Shown here one piece after another: positions 9,279 through 19,017 of a DNA stretch of 44,136 bases. This DNA comes from Bdellovibrionota bacterium (GTDB lineage Bacteria > Bdellovibrionota > UBA1018 > UBA923). Under the pieces are notes generated by a model. The model saw nothing but the letters and a program-made list of their open reading frames with translations. It searched no databases and had not been told where the DNA came from. Numbering within the stretch: position 1 is the stretch's first letter; every line of letters begins with the position of its first letter. The DNA lies in assembly GCA_040754655.1 (NCBI GenBank), contig JBFMCE010000020.1, positions 1-44,136 on the forward strand, read 5' to 3'. A program made the position numbers and the translations under genes.

Positions 9279-10247
9279 TTACTCGCCGTCAGACGTAGTC
9301 AAAAGCTTCTGGCATTTGGGCATGCTTTTTTTCCAGATCCAAAAGTTCAAGAGCTGCTCGACCCTGGCGTAGGGCCCTTGCCCGGCTAGAGTCGTGGGAA
9401 CAGCAAAATTTTCTCCCTCCATGGCCTTAAAGAAAAGATTCAGTCGTTTAACGCTATTTTCTTCAATCTTGGGCACCAAGACATTGTTGACTCTGCGGTT
9501 ATACACAGCGTTTCCCACTCGCGCAGATGCGCTTGCCAATCCGGTGATCTCAAGCACCGTAAGATACCACTCATGCCCAGGAATCAAGAGTTGCAAGGCG
9601 GCGGGAACGCCGAAGGTGACTGCGTTTACAAGACGTTGGATTTTCTTCTTTTGCCGGGAAAGATAATCCTTACCGAGCGTATTGTGCAGAGAATACCTCA
9701 CCGAGAAAAGCATGACATTGTCGATCACTTCGATAATACGGTCTTCAGCCTTTTCAATCTCCTTGATCGCCTCATTTGCCTGATCGGACGGAAGCGAATC
9801 CAGGCCGCGCGATTTTGCGTATAAAAAGCTCAGCTCCGTGACCGCCTCGCTAAGATCCTTGGCATAGTCTTTCAATTCCTTTTCAAAAGCCTCAGCAGTT
9901 TCCGCTGGCGGCAACGCATCGTATATCGCGCCCAGGGCAAACTCGCGCCTGGCCACCATGTGTTCGTACTCAGGATTCAAATGAAACAATACATCGTGGA
10001 TTTGCTCAGTGCGCACATCAAGGTCTTGAATCGCTTCAAGCTCGTACTTCGATTGTCGGTGTTCAATCAGAAAACGTGTGGTCATTTCTTGCGCTTTGGC
10101 GATGGCAACCGCTCGGATCAGCTTTTCTTGATCAGACCTATTCAGTTCGACCGCTTGAGAAAGCATGGAGTCAGGCGCATCAGCAGCGCGAGCCAAGCCA
10201 GCCAACAGTAAAATGACAAAGACGCCAAGCATGAACGCGTATTTCAT
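9279..10247 (-). CDS. Exported helical hypothetical protein, third gene of the AAA/VWA operon
   Basis: Signal peptide (ARA-A); ATGA overlap with the VWA gene; C-terminal KCQKLL. Confidence 0.75.
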   Translation of the reverse strand: MKYAFMLGVFVILLLAGLARAADAPDSMLSQAVELNRSDQEKLIRAVAIAKAQEMTTRFLIEHRQSKYELEAIQDLDVRTEQIHDVLFHLNPEYEHMVARREFALGAIYDALPPAETAEAFEKELKDYAKDLSEAVTELSFLYAKSRGLDSLPSDQANEAIKEIEKAEDRIIEVIDNVMLFSVRYSLHNTLGKDYLSRQKKKIQRLVNAVTFGVPAALQLLIPGHEWYLTVLEITGLASASARVGNAVYNRRVNNVLVPKIEENSVKRLNLFFKAMEGENFAVPTTLAGQGPYARVEQLLNFWIWKKSMPKCQKLLTTSDGE

Positions 10248-12646
10248 CTAGACTCCCCTGAAATCAATTTATAGAGCTCTTCCTTGGCCTCACTGCCTAT
10301 CTTTCTGATCAGCACCGGATAACCGACTCCGTGCGATTTGGCGGCCTCGATCAAAAAGTTATAAATGAACTCCGCCCTTTCCGCGTTGGTATAAGACTGA
10401 AACATGGGCGAATCTTTGATCAATAAAATCGTCCTGACGGCTTCGTTGATAGAAGCATCACCGGCAGCGTTGCCTTCACTTAGCGGAAAAAGATCTTGCT
10501 GCATTCGATCTAAGAGGTCTTTAGATTCAACCACGGAATTACGAGATACCAACAGGCGCACAAGCTTGTTTTGCAGAACCTCGATTTCGTCTGGTGTCAC
10601 CTTTTCTTTGAAGGCCACGCTCACAGCTTGTTTTTTTGCGACTGATTCAATCGCCTGAACATAAGTCGTATGGTCTACAAGCTTCTTGATCTCAGAGACT
10701 GGGATGTGTTGGTAGGTCAACTTGTCTTGACCAAGCCATTCCTCGGGAGGTTGAGATACAAAAGCCTTGATGTCTGGGTTTCCCTCACCCACACTGATCG
10801 AATTGATGGCAATCTCAAGCTCGGGTCTAAGCTTCTTGCGCTCGGCGAGAATCTCTTGCACATTGATCTCATCTCTTCCATCAGTAACAAGAATGAGGTT
10901 TGCGGCTTCTGCTTCACCCCCGGCCTTTTGATGCTCATAGATCTTGGTAAGTGCCGTCGTCATAGCCAAAGTAATGCTTGTATAGCCGTCGGAAGGAATT
11001 TTTCCGCTCCGGACCAAGTTGAAGTCTTTGGCAAACTCTAGAGGCGTCTCGACTCGAACGGGATTTTCCACATATTCAGTAAAATTGATCCGATAGACAA
11101 TGTGATTTGCGATACCGGCTTCCATTTGAGCAACGGCTTCTTCATAAAAGGCCATCAAAAACGCATCTCTTACGACCCATTTTGAGTCTTCAGCCATTGA
11201 TCCGCTGCGGTCAACCAAAAGGATGCTCACGATCGTGGGAATCGGTCTATCTTCAACCGGCGATTCCTTCTCGCGTGGAAAATTATAAGCCAGCATCTCG
11301 CCGCTCAAGACCCGAAAAAGATCAAGCTCTATAGGCGCCCCATCACGATGGAAGTTATGGAACTCTTCCATGCCAAGCGCAGGCCTCAGTTCATGAGCCT
11401 GATCACTCCGTACAAAACGATCAAGATACGTGTCAACCTTAGGACGCCGATCTTCTTTTCTATAAAGCAAGAGCCGATTCACCCGAGCCAATTGAAGCAT
11501 CACCAAGTAGGGGTTCAAACGGCCATCAGAAGCAGCTTGGCGCAGCCCCTCAGGATCTATCTTAATCGCACCGGCGCCATTCTCTGGCGATTGCTTTTGG
11601 GTAGCGAACTCGCGGGCCAATGAGTCTAATGCAAGCTTTCCAAGGTCTTGGCTCAAAAAAACCTCGGTGAATTGTTTCGCCGATACGTGCACAGGCTCTG
11701 AAGGTTTCTTCTTCGCAACCTCTTGGGTCGCATCATAGAGCTCTCTCTCTTGTTCGCTAAACGAAGTGAGCTGCGAAAGTTTCGTGAGAATTTGATCGAG
11801 ATGATCGAGGTAAACGCCAAACTCCTTACCCTCGCCTCTGTGGTATTGTTCAAGCAAGAACGCAAGGTCTTCAAGCGACTCATAAGAGACCTTTGTCATC
11901 TCAAGCGTCTTGCGCAGCCTTTCTGCTTCCTGAACCAACGCATCTTCAGACACTATAAGCCGTTGCGATTTGGCCCATTGGGCGAACTCTTGAAACTGAT
12001 CAAGAGCTTCCTTGAACTTTTCAGAGCTGTCATACCGCCTGAGGGTTTGCGCCCACATCAGCTCGACGGCTTTCTTTTTAAGGCTCCCTGAACCCCACGG
12101 ATTCTGATTCGCATTCGCGTCCCAATAGAGACGCTGCAAAGGGCTATACTTGGACCGAAGGTACGAAAGGTATCTTTGGTACTCTTCTTCAACAGAGAGG
12201 CGTTCCTGACGCCTGTACCGGTAGTTATCCCAACGATGATCTCGTTCCGCCCTTTCAAAACGACCAGCCCCAAACTCGAGCGGATCCACCTCGACATCAA
12301 TATCGAAGTCGAGCGGATCGCGTGACAGAGCCTTGTCAAGTGCCTCTCCTCCTCCGCTCCGTAGAGCTTGGATCTCGTCAAGGAAATCTACTTTCGGAAA
12401 AACCCAGCGATAAACCTTGGTGATAAAATTCAGCGCACCGCTGAGGGGGTTTACAATGACAGGCGCGGCTTTTTTGAAAGACTCTATTTGTTTCTTGGGT
12501 TTGGTAAGCGCGCTTTGGCATTGCAGGCGAGCCGACAACGAACGCGTGTTTCCTTTGAATCGCGACGCAGAAGCGCTCTGTGGGCTCATCATCGCCGCAG
12601 CCAAACCAAGACTTAGGGTAACGGGAAGGATATGCCATTCCTTCAT
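10244..12646 (-). CDS. Signal-peptide-bearing VWA domain protein (ViaA-like partner)
   Basis: MIDAS motif ILLVDRSGSM, GYTS, LILVTDG; N-terminal signal ending SASA. Confidence 0.85.
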   Translation of the reverse strand: MKEWHILPVTLSLGLAAAMMSPQSASASRFKGNTRSLSARLQCQSALTKPKKQIESFKKAAPVIVNPLSGALNFITKVYRWVFPKVDFLDEIQALRSGGGEALDKALSRDPLDFDIDVEVDPLEFGAGRFERAERDHRWDNYRYRRQERLSVEEEYQRYLSYLRSKYSPLQRLYWDANANQNPWGSGSLKKKAVELMWAQTLRRYDSSEKFKEALDQFQEFAQWAKSQRLIVSEDALVQEAERLRKTLEMTKVSYESLEDLAFLLEQYHRGEGKEFGVYLDHLDQILTKLSQLTSFSEQERELYDATQEVAKKKPSEPVHVSAKQFTEVFLSQDLGKLALDSLAREFATQKQSPENGAGAIKIDPEGLRQAASDGRLNPYLVMLQLARVNRLLLYRKEDRRPKVDTYLDRFVRSDQAHELRPALGMEEFHNFHRDGAPIELDLFRVLSGEMLAYNFPREKESPVEDRPIPTIVSILLVDRSGSMAEDSKWVVRDAFLMAFYEEAVAQMEAGIANHIVYRINFTEYVENPVRVETPLEFAKDFNLVRSGKIPSDGYTSITLAMTTALTKIYEHQKAGGEAEAANLILVTDGRDEINVQEILAERKKLRPELEIAINSISVGEGNPDIKAFVSQPPEEWLGQDKLTYQHIPVSEIKKLVDHTTYVQAIESVAKKQAVSVAFKEKVTPDEIEVLQNKLVRLLVSRNSVVESKDLLDRMQQDLFPLSEGNAAGDASINEAVRTILLIKDSPMFQSYTNAERAEFIYNFLIEAAKSHGVGYPVLIRKIGSEAKEELYKLISGESR

Positions 12647-12672
12647 CTGAGCCTACGCACTTTGCCTTCTCC

Positions 12673-15534
12673 CTATTCCGGTATCTTCAGAGACAAAGAG
12701 TGGATCTTGTACGAAGCCGCCTTATTCTTTCCATCGAAAGCCATAAACCCGATTCGGTTGTCAGGCAGCAGCGTTGGCCATGCAGCCTCGCCATCACGCA
12801 GGAAGTTTTCTGAGACCATCTTGTGATTGAGAAGATCAAGAACAGCAAGTCCGCTCTTCGTTCCCAGAACAAGGAAGTGGAAGTCCTTCAAATAGGCGGC
12901 TCCCATATAACTATCGGTGCCAGGAAACTCTTTGAACTCATGGATCACCGAGCGCTCAGGATCGCTCAAGTGGACTTCAAGTACCTGAAGCGAGTGGCGG
13001 TCTTCAATATGCCTGTAGCCAAAAAGAAGCTCAGGCCCTGGTGTCGCGAGCAAGGGAACGAAACCGCCCGACTTGTCTGTCGGATCAATGAAAGTCTTAA
13101 GATGTTCAACCGACCCTCGCTTCATGTGAATGGAATAAAGGTCGCGCAGGCCTTTGGTTGTGAAAAAAGCCTTATCAGACTTCTCATCTACCAAGAAAAC
13201 ACTCGCTTCGACGGCCTGGTCTCGCATTCCCATCGAGCGGAACAGGAATCTGTTATTGTGCGCATCTCTTTGAGGCGAAACCTGGCTCAGAAGCGCAGCA
13301 ATCGATACGTTAGACGCCTCAAGCGGCACGAAAGTCTCTTGACCTCGCCTCCAATCTACGCTTGTGAGCCTCGTCCTGCGCAGGTCAAGCACATGCAGAT
13401 GATTTCCGGTCTCGCCCAAACTCGTGAGAATCTGGTTCGTGGGAGCAAGAGCCATGTCTTGGAGAATGCCCTTCCCCGGTTCCAAAGAATCGAAAGCAAA
13501 AGCTTTGTGAGCCCGAATTCCAATGATGTGGTGGCCATCCGGGCTGATCAAAGCTGGCGTCGGATCAACGAGGAAAAGGTCATTCTCAAGTTCAGGCGAA
13601 AAACTTTTATCTCCAGAAAGCTCCACCAGATCACCCGCGCGGACGTCGACTTTGAGGATTCTCTTTGTCTTCTGATTGTTCTCAAGAAAATAAATCTGAT
13701 CGCCATGAAGCGAGGCTAATGGCGCAATCGTGTCTGAACTGGTCGTGGCAAGGTCAAAACTCTTTGACCCACCAGATGCCGCTTGTGCTTTAAATTGAGG
13801 GTAGGCCTTCGCGACACTCAGTTTAAGCTGCTCAAGCCTTTGTTTTTCAGCTTCTCGCAGGAGTTTTGAAGCAGCCTGTTTCTGTTCCTCGGCTAGTCTT
13901 CTCTGATCTTCTTCTCTTCTTGCTTCAAGCACACGCTCACGCCGCGCCAGGATAGAGCTCAAGAAGTCATTCATCTTCGCGTCTGCTTCGTTTTTTGGAA
14001 GCCATTCCGCGTAAAACCCTCGAAGCTCGTCTAACAGCCTTTCTTGAGCCAACGAACGAGCGACAACCGAAACGCTCAATGCGTTCGCGAGAAGGGGCTC
14101 AAACCCCTCGAGCACGAGCTTGTTCACCGTGGTTTTTAGATTTTCAGCGTAAACTTCTCTTTCTTTGAAGGACTTCGTTTTGTCACGAAGGAAACGCGAG
14201 AAGTCTTCGACCTTATGAGAGGCTACGATTCGATCAATTTCACGCTGTAAAGCCAGTATCTCTAAGCGTATCGCCTGGCGTTCAACTTTCAGCGCTTCCA
14301 GATGGTGCCGATCAGCGATCTCAAGCTCAATTCCCTGCGCGACCAGGTTTTCAACAAACGCATCCTCTGGCCCCACGATGCCCAACACCTTTTCTAGGGC
14401 CACCACATCACCAATGGTAGCCTCAAGAGAGCGGGTACCGCCTGACTTCACCCACTCAAGCACGACATGAGCCCTAAGGGCTTTGCCCGACAGTTCTAAG
14501 GTTCGGGGAGAATACTTTCGAGTTCTTTTGTACGGGATATGATGTTTCCCTATGCGAGCGGCACCCGAAGCCAGTTTCTCGGCTTCTACTTCGTACCCGA
14601 CAAGCTTGCGGTTCACTTTCTGATTCACGAGCGTCACAAACTGTCCCACGCTCTCGGGGATATGAACGACATTTGCCAGCTTTTGAAGCTCTTCGAGCTG
14701 AGAAAACTTCAGCTTCTTCATTTCAGGCCTTTGAGTTCCTAGAACGATTCCAACCGCTGAATCTGCCCACTCGAGCTTGCCTGGAATGAAGATGAAAGAT
14801 GAAAATCGATCAAATATAGCCCAAAAACTATCTTCGTTCTTCTTTGATTGGCCGCTTCTTGCAGCCAATTGCTGGAAAATCTCAGAAACTGTTCCATTCG
14901 TCGCTGCGATGCCGATGATGAGATCGCCTTTATAGATCGTCGAGCCGTCGCGATAATGGCGTTCGGCAAGAAGCTCTAAGAGGTAATCAAAAACGCCTTC
15001 GCGCGCCCTAAAAAATTCGTCAAAAAAGACGATCTTCTTGTAAAGCGCTCCCTCATCCAAAAGTCTCTTGTACTTATTTTCCTTGGTCAAAGCATTGTAA
15101 TCCGACGGCCCAAAGATGTCGTGGAGGGTGGTATCGCTGTTGAGCACTCGACTGTAGAAAGAAGACTTTCCCGTGTCATCCACCAGATTTGAAGACATCA
15201 CGTCCACCAACCTTGACTTGCCGATTCCAGCCGTACCCAGCAGAATCACATGAGTGCCAGCGATCATGTTGGCAAAGATCGCATCGACGGCATATTCACG
15301 TTCATAGAGCTGGCCTTTTGCAGATTCAAGGTATGCAACTGCGTGAGGCGCCACGAGGCGCGCATTCTCAATGGTCTTTGACGAGCCCGTAAAAAGGCTC
15401 TGCCTCTCTTTCAACAAGAGCCAAGTACAGGAAGGATTTGCTAAAGCAGACTCAGAAAGAAGAACAACTGAAAATGCCAAAAATAACGGTGTAGCAACTA
15501 TCCAAGACCGCAATAAAATAAGTTGAACCCTCAT
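12673..15534 (-). CDS. Signal-peptide-bearing MoxR/RavA-type AAA+ ATPase with coiled coil and C-terminal beta-propeller-like region
   Basis: Walker A GTAGIGKS, DIFGP, Walker B IVFFDE, sensor-1 AATN, Arg finger AIFDRF, sensor-2 SPR; signal peptide ending SALA. Start taken at ATG 15534 (TTG 15543 possible). Confidence 0.88.
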   Translation of the reverse strand: MRVQLILLRSWIVATPLFLAFSVVLLSESALANPSCTWLLLKERQSLFTGSSKTIENARLVAPHAVAYLESAKGQLYEREYAVDAIFANMIAGTHVILLGTAGIGKSRLVDVMSSNLVDDTGKSSFYSRVLNSDTTLHDIFGPSDYNALTKENKYKRLLDEGALYKKIVFFDEFFRAREGVFDYLLELLAERHYRDGSTIYKGDLIIGIAATNGTVSEIFQQLAARSGQSKKNEDSFWAIFDRFSSFIFIPGKLEWADSAVGIVLGTQRPEMKKLKFSQLEELQKLANVVHIPESVGQFVTLVNQKVNRKLVGYEVEAEKLASGAARIGKHHIPYKRTRKYSPRTLELSGKALRAHVVLEWVKSGGTRSLEATIGDVVALEKVLGIVGPEDAFVENLVAQGIELEIADRHHLEALKVERQAIRLEILALQREIDRIVASHKVEDFSRFLRDKTKSFKEREVYAENLKTTVNKLVLEGFEPLLANALSVSVVARSLAQERLLDELRGFYAEWLPKNEADAKMNDFLSSILARRERVLEARREEDQRRLAEEQKQAASKLLREAEKQRLEQLKLSVAKAYPQFKAQAASGGSKSFDLATTSSDTIAPLASLHGDQIYFLENNQKTKRILKVDVRAGDLVELSGDKSFSPELENDLFLVDPTPALISPDGHHIIGIRAHKAFAFDSLEPGKGILQDMALAPTNQILTSLGETGNHLHVLDLRRTRLTSVDWRRGQETFVPLEASNVSIAALLSQVSPQRDAHNNRFLFRSMGMRDQAVEASVFLVDEKSDKAFFTTKGLRDLYSIHMKRGSVEHLKTFIDPTDKSGGFVPLLATPGPELLFGYRHIEDRHSLQVLEVHLSDPERSVIHEFKEFPGTDSYMGAAYLKDFHFLVLGTKSGLAVLDLLNHKMVSENFLRDGEAAWPTLLPDNRIGFMAFDGKNKAASYKIHSLSLKIPE

Positions 15535-15637
15535 TCGCGCCAAATAACATGAGGCATTACTTGATTCAACTGGTTTAGTTTAGTAATCGAAAATAAACTT
15601 AAAAAATTTAGTACGCGTTACGAAACCAAACCCGCCC

Positions 15638-15991
15638 TTAGGCCTCCGGATCAGGTTCAGGCGTCTTGATAGGTTTTCCGACCAATCCACTCTTCTTTTC
15701 GACTTCGAGCTCGATAGTGATTCGCACTTTGTTGCCTGAGAAAAGTTTCTTCATCTCATCTGCTAGGTCCACCCTGGAAAGAACTTGAGCAGCTTCTTTG
15801 GCAAACGTGTTCAAGAATTCCGTTTTTGTTTTTTGAGTATTCTCTAAAAATCCTGCCCAGAGCTCTTTGGGAAGCTTCATCTCGCTCAAGTAACTGCGGA
15901 TGGTTTCTTCGGTCAAAAAGATCGTGCCTACTCCGGTGAGCACGATCTTTTTCATAGCTTCCGAGATCTGCGACTTGATATCATCAGCCAT
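15638..15991 (-). CDS. Hypothetical protein (phasin-like helical)
   Basis: MADDIKS start overlaps the stop of the upstream gene; amphipathic KKIVLTGVGTIFLTEE helix. Confidence 0.7.
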   Translation of the reverse strand: MADDIKSQISEAMKKIVLTGVGTIFLTEETIRSYLSEMKLPKELWAGFLENTQKTKTEFLNTFAKEAAQVLSRVDLADEMKKLFSGNKVRITIELEVEKKSGLVGKPIKTPEPDPEA

Positions 15992-16424
15992 TGGCAAACA
16001 CTTCCTTCGTGCGTTTTTCGAAACTGCCGAGCATCTTCGGCAGCGAAGACTTCACCAGCCCGTTGAGCACGATGCCCGGCACGTAGATCTTAAAATCCAA
16101 CGCAAGCTGGTAGGTCACCTCGCTACGCCCGCCGCCAAGATCTTTGATGATCCAACTGCCTGAGTTGGCTTTGAGAATATTGCTCTCAACCAGCTTCCAG
16201 CTCATGGTGTCGGGAATATCCTCGAAGTGATCAAGCACATAAAATATCTCTTTCCCTAAAAGCTCGATGCCATACTGGATGCGCACTTCATTTTTCGTCC
16301 GGGAAAGGATTTTTACATTTTGAACCCCTTCTACGAATTCACCATATTTTTCATAATCGGTGATGACCTTCCAGAGATTGTCGCGCGTGACCTGCATTTC
16401 GATCGTTTTTGATGCCTCTGCCAT
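15984..16424 (-). CDS. SRPBCC / polyketide cyclase (Coq10/RatA-like) family protein
   Basis: LWKVITDYEKYGEFV..NSGSW..VTYQL pattern, 146 aa. Confidence 0.85.
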   Translation of the reverse strand: MAEASKTIEMQVTRDNLWKVITDYEKYGEFVEGVQNVKILSRTKNEVRIQYGIELLGKEIFYVLDHFEDIPDTMSWKLVESNILKANSGSWIIKDLGGGRSEVTYQLALDFKIYVPGIVLNGLVKSSLPKMLGSFEKRTKEVFANG

Positions 16425-16429
16425 ACGCC

Positions 16430-17383
16430 TTAATGCCTTGGTTTTCGATCGAAGTGGTGCTCTGCTTCAATATAGCGGATCGTGCCGCTCTCAGAGCGCA
16501 TCACAACAGAGTGAGTAAGAGCCCCGCCTCCAAAGAAACGAACGCCATTCAAGAATGTGCCCTGAGTCACGCCGGTCGCGCAGAACATCACGTTGCCTTG
16601 AGCCAACTCATTGATCTTGTAGATGCGTGACATGTCGTGGATGCCCATTTTCTTGGCCCGATCGACTTCACCTTGGTTTCTGGGTTTAAGCCTGCCTTGA
16701 AAGTCGCCCCCAACGCAGCGAAGGGCCGCGGCAGCGATCACCCCTTCGGGCGCCCCGCCTGTTCCCATCAATACGTCAACGCCTGAGTCTGGTTTGCAAG
16801 TTGCGATCGCAGCAGAAACATCTCCATCGCCAATAAGCCAAATCCTGCAACCGGCTCTACGCACCTCTTCAATCAAGTCGGAATGACGAGGGCGATCTAG
16901 GATGATCACGGTGAGGTCTTCGAGATTCTTTCTTTTCGCACGAGCAACCTCGCGCAAGTTTTCGGTCGGAGTGCGGCTCAAGTCAATGACGCCTTTAGCG
17001 TCTGCGCCAACTGCGATCTTCTCCATATAAGTGTCAGGAGCATGCAGGAATTGACCTTCCTCGGCAATCGCGATGACGGCGATGCTATTGTTTCCGCCGC
17101 GAGCGCAGATCGTCGTGCCTTCAAGAGGGTCTAACGCAAGATCAAGCCTGGGTCCGACTCCGGTGCCGACCTTTTCTCCGATGTAAAGCATCGGAGCCTC
17201 ATCCCGCTCCCCTTCTCCGATCACCACCGTTCCATCAAATTGAATTGAGGTGAGCATGCGCCTCATGGCATCTACTGCGGCCTGATCTGCAGCCTTTTCA
17301 TCACCCCGACCCATGAAGCGAGAGGCCGCAAGGGCAGCCATTTCAGTTACACGAACGAACTCCAGTGCAAAGTTACGATCCAC
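16430..17383 (-). CDS. glpX: Fructose-1,6-bisphosphatase class II
   Basis: ADQAAV, VIGEGERDEAPMLYIGE, DPLEGT, DGDV and GGAPEGV motifs. Confidence 0.97.
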   Translation of the reverse strand: MDRNFALEFVRVTEMAALAASRFMGRGDEKAADQAAVDAMRRMLTSIQFDGTVVIGEGERDEAPMLYIGEKVGTGVGPRLDLALDPLEGTTICARGGNNSIAVIAIAEEGQFLHAPDTYMEKIAVGADAKGVIDLSRTPTENLREVARAKRKNLEDLTVIILDRPRHSDLIEEVRRAGCRIWLIGDGDVSAAIATCKPDSGVDVLMGTGGAPEGVIAAAALRCVGGDFQGRLKPRNQGEVDRAKKMGIHDMSRIYKINELAQGNVMFCATGVTQGTFLNGVRFFGGGALTHSVVMRSESGTIRYIEAEHHFDRKPRH

Positions 17384-17410
17384 GGTTTTTCCCTCCGTGA
17401 GATACGACTA

Positions 17411-18178
17411 CTACTTTCCTGCCGGATTTTCGAATTTTTTTAGCAAGAGTTGTTTAAGGCGAGGTTCGAGAGGGGCCGCTTCCAATATTCCCTTGGCCCA
17501 CTGCGTCTTTTCAGGATCAATATTGCCATCCATTGAAAGATCGACCGATTCGATTTTAACGGGCTCTTCCGCAAGCAAAAGGTCTTGGCGCATCTCTTTT
17601 CCAAACGATTGACACACGCCGGTTGCTACGGCGTTTGAGTGCTCTGACCAGCTCCAGTAGTAGTTCGAAAAGAATACTTCTACTTTTGCCAGGTCGCCCG
17701 CTGTGTTGAGTTGCAAAAGCACGTCGGTGTTGCAAACCCCGTGAAACCAATAATCTGCAAGCGGCAGCTTCTCGCGCACCAACTGCAAGCTTGCTCCGAG
17801 TCGTTTTGGACTCAACGCCCGAGCCAAAACAGAGCGAGCGTAGGTGGAAGAGGCTTCGATCTTAAGGGCTGCGCGGTCTCCGTAGTAGCCCAATACCCTG
17901 GGCACAAGCTCAATGCTATCCGGATGCAGGTTCAAGATGCCTTGAATCGTTGACCCCACGGGCCAGTACTTTTCTTCAACGCGGATCGAAAGCCCGCTCT
18001 GGCTGAGATCGTAGACCGTAAAAATGCGCCCAGTCTTTGTTTCGCGAAACTGCTCTCGTGTCAGAAGAAATCTCGGGTGTTTGCGCCGCTCCATCAGACG
18101 CAGCTTAGAGTTTGCCGTGTTTTTTGCACCCTGCTTTTTTTTGGCTGATGAAACCTTCTTGGTCTTTTTAGGTGTCAC
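17411..18178 (-). CDS. PilZ domain protein
   Basis: ERRKHPRF (RxxxR) and DLSQSG (DxSxxG) c-di-GMP motifs. Confidence 0.85.
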   Translation of the reverse strand: MTPKKTKKVSSAKKKQGAKNTANSKLRLMERRKHPRFLLTREQFRETKTGRIFTVYDLSQSGLSIRVEEKYWPVGSTIQGILNLHPDSIELVPRVLGYYGDRAALKIEASSTYARSVLARALSPKRLGASLQLVREKLPLADYWFHGVCNTDVLLQLNTAGDLAKVEVFFSNYYWSWSEHSNAVATGVCQSFGKEMRQDLLLAEEPVKIESVDLSMDGNIDPEKTQWAKGILEAAPLEPRLKQLLLKKFENPAGK

Positions 18179-18184
18179 GATAGC

Positions 18185-18961
18185 TCAGTTCGTCTTTTGT
18201 TTCTTGTACTCTTCTTCAATGTAACTTCGGAAGTTCTTTGTGGCAACGCCTATCACCACCTCGGAAAGGGGCTTAAACACGACCGCGATTACGGATGAAA
18301 ACATCCGTTTTCCCTGAGGCAAAACTCCCTTGGCAACGGCCAGAGTTTTGTTTTCATTTTCCCACAGATAGGCCGTAATCTTAAAGCCTTTCATGTCGCC
18401 TTTAATGATCTCGTAGCGGATCTCATCCCAATAACTTTGATCAACCTTGATCCAGGAGTGCATCGTCAGTCCGCCGGCTTCACCTTTAAGTTCAATGGTC
18501 TGAGTCGCTTCATCGTAGTCGAACTTATGAATGGCCGAAGACATCTTGGGATAAAGTGAAAAATCCATGATCTTAGGCCGCGCGTACCGAAGCGGGGCTT
18601 TGATGAGCGTACCATTCACAAAGGCAAAATCATCGTCTTCAAGCCAGTCTGAGTTGGTGATGACGTCGCCATCGTCGGTGATGCGCTTAATACTCTTAGG
18701 TTTGAGCAGGTCTTCAAGTTTAGGTTTGTGTGGCGAGACTTCGGCTTCGCTGCGAGCGATGCGCGGCAGAGGAGTTTTTGCGGTGGCACGGGGCAAGGCT
18801 GAGGAAGTCGCATTTTTTGAAGGCAATTTTGCGTTGCGTTGTTTTTTGAGGATCGGTTGGTTGCGTGGCGCGCTTTCGACGCCACTGCGGCTAAACGCCG
18901 TTGAAATTGTGAAGCCAAAGAACATTGCTACGATTGCAGAAAAACAGCGGTATCTTGCCAC
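18185..18961 (-). CDS. Exported hypothetical protein, START/SRPBCC-like C-terminal domain
   Basis: Signal-like N-terminus, basic linker, IMDFSLYPKMS...YEIIKGDMKGF helix-grip-like pattern. Confidence 0.6.
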   Translation of the reverse strand: MARYRCFSAIVAMFFGFTISTAFSRSGVESAPRNQPILKKQRNAKLPSKNATSSALPRATAKTPLPRIARSEAEVSPHKPKLEDLLKPKSIKRITDDGDVITNSDWLEDDDFAFVNGTLIKAPLRYARPKIMDFSLYPKMSSAIHKFDYDEATQTIELKGEAGGLTMHSWIKVDQSYWDEIRYEIIKGDMKGFKITAYLWENENKTLAVAKGVLPQGKRMFSSVIAVVFKPLSEVVIGVATKNFRSYIEEEYKKQKTN

Positions 18962-18975
18962 CCTACGTACTATAC

Positions 18976-19005
18976 TTGACAGTAAGTGAGATGCCTACCT
19001 AAAGT
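18976..19005 (+). promoter_or_regulatory. Sigma70 promoter of pgsA
   Basis: TTGACA-N18-TAAAGT ending 12 bp before the ATG, implying a very short leader. Confidence 0.5.
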
Positions 19006-19017
19006 GGGCTTCAATTC

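Noticed and set aside
12823..13719. 298-aa plus-strand ORF
   Set aside because: Antisense to the AAA ATPase, with no recognisable features; shadow ORF.
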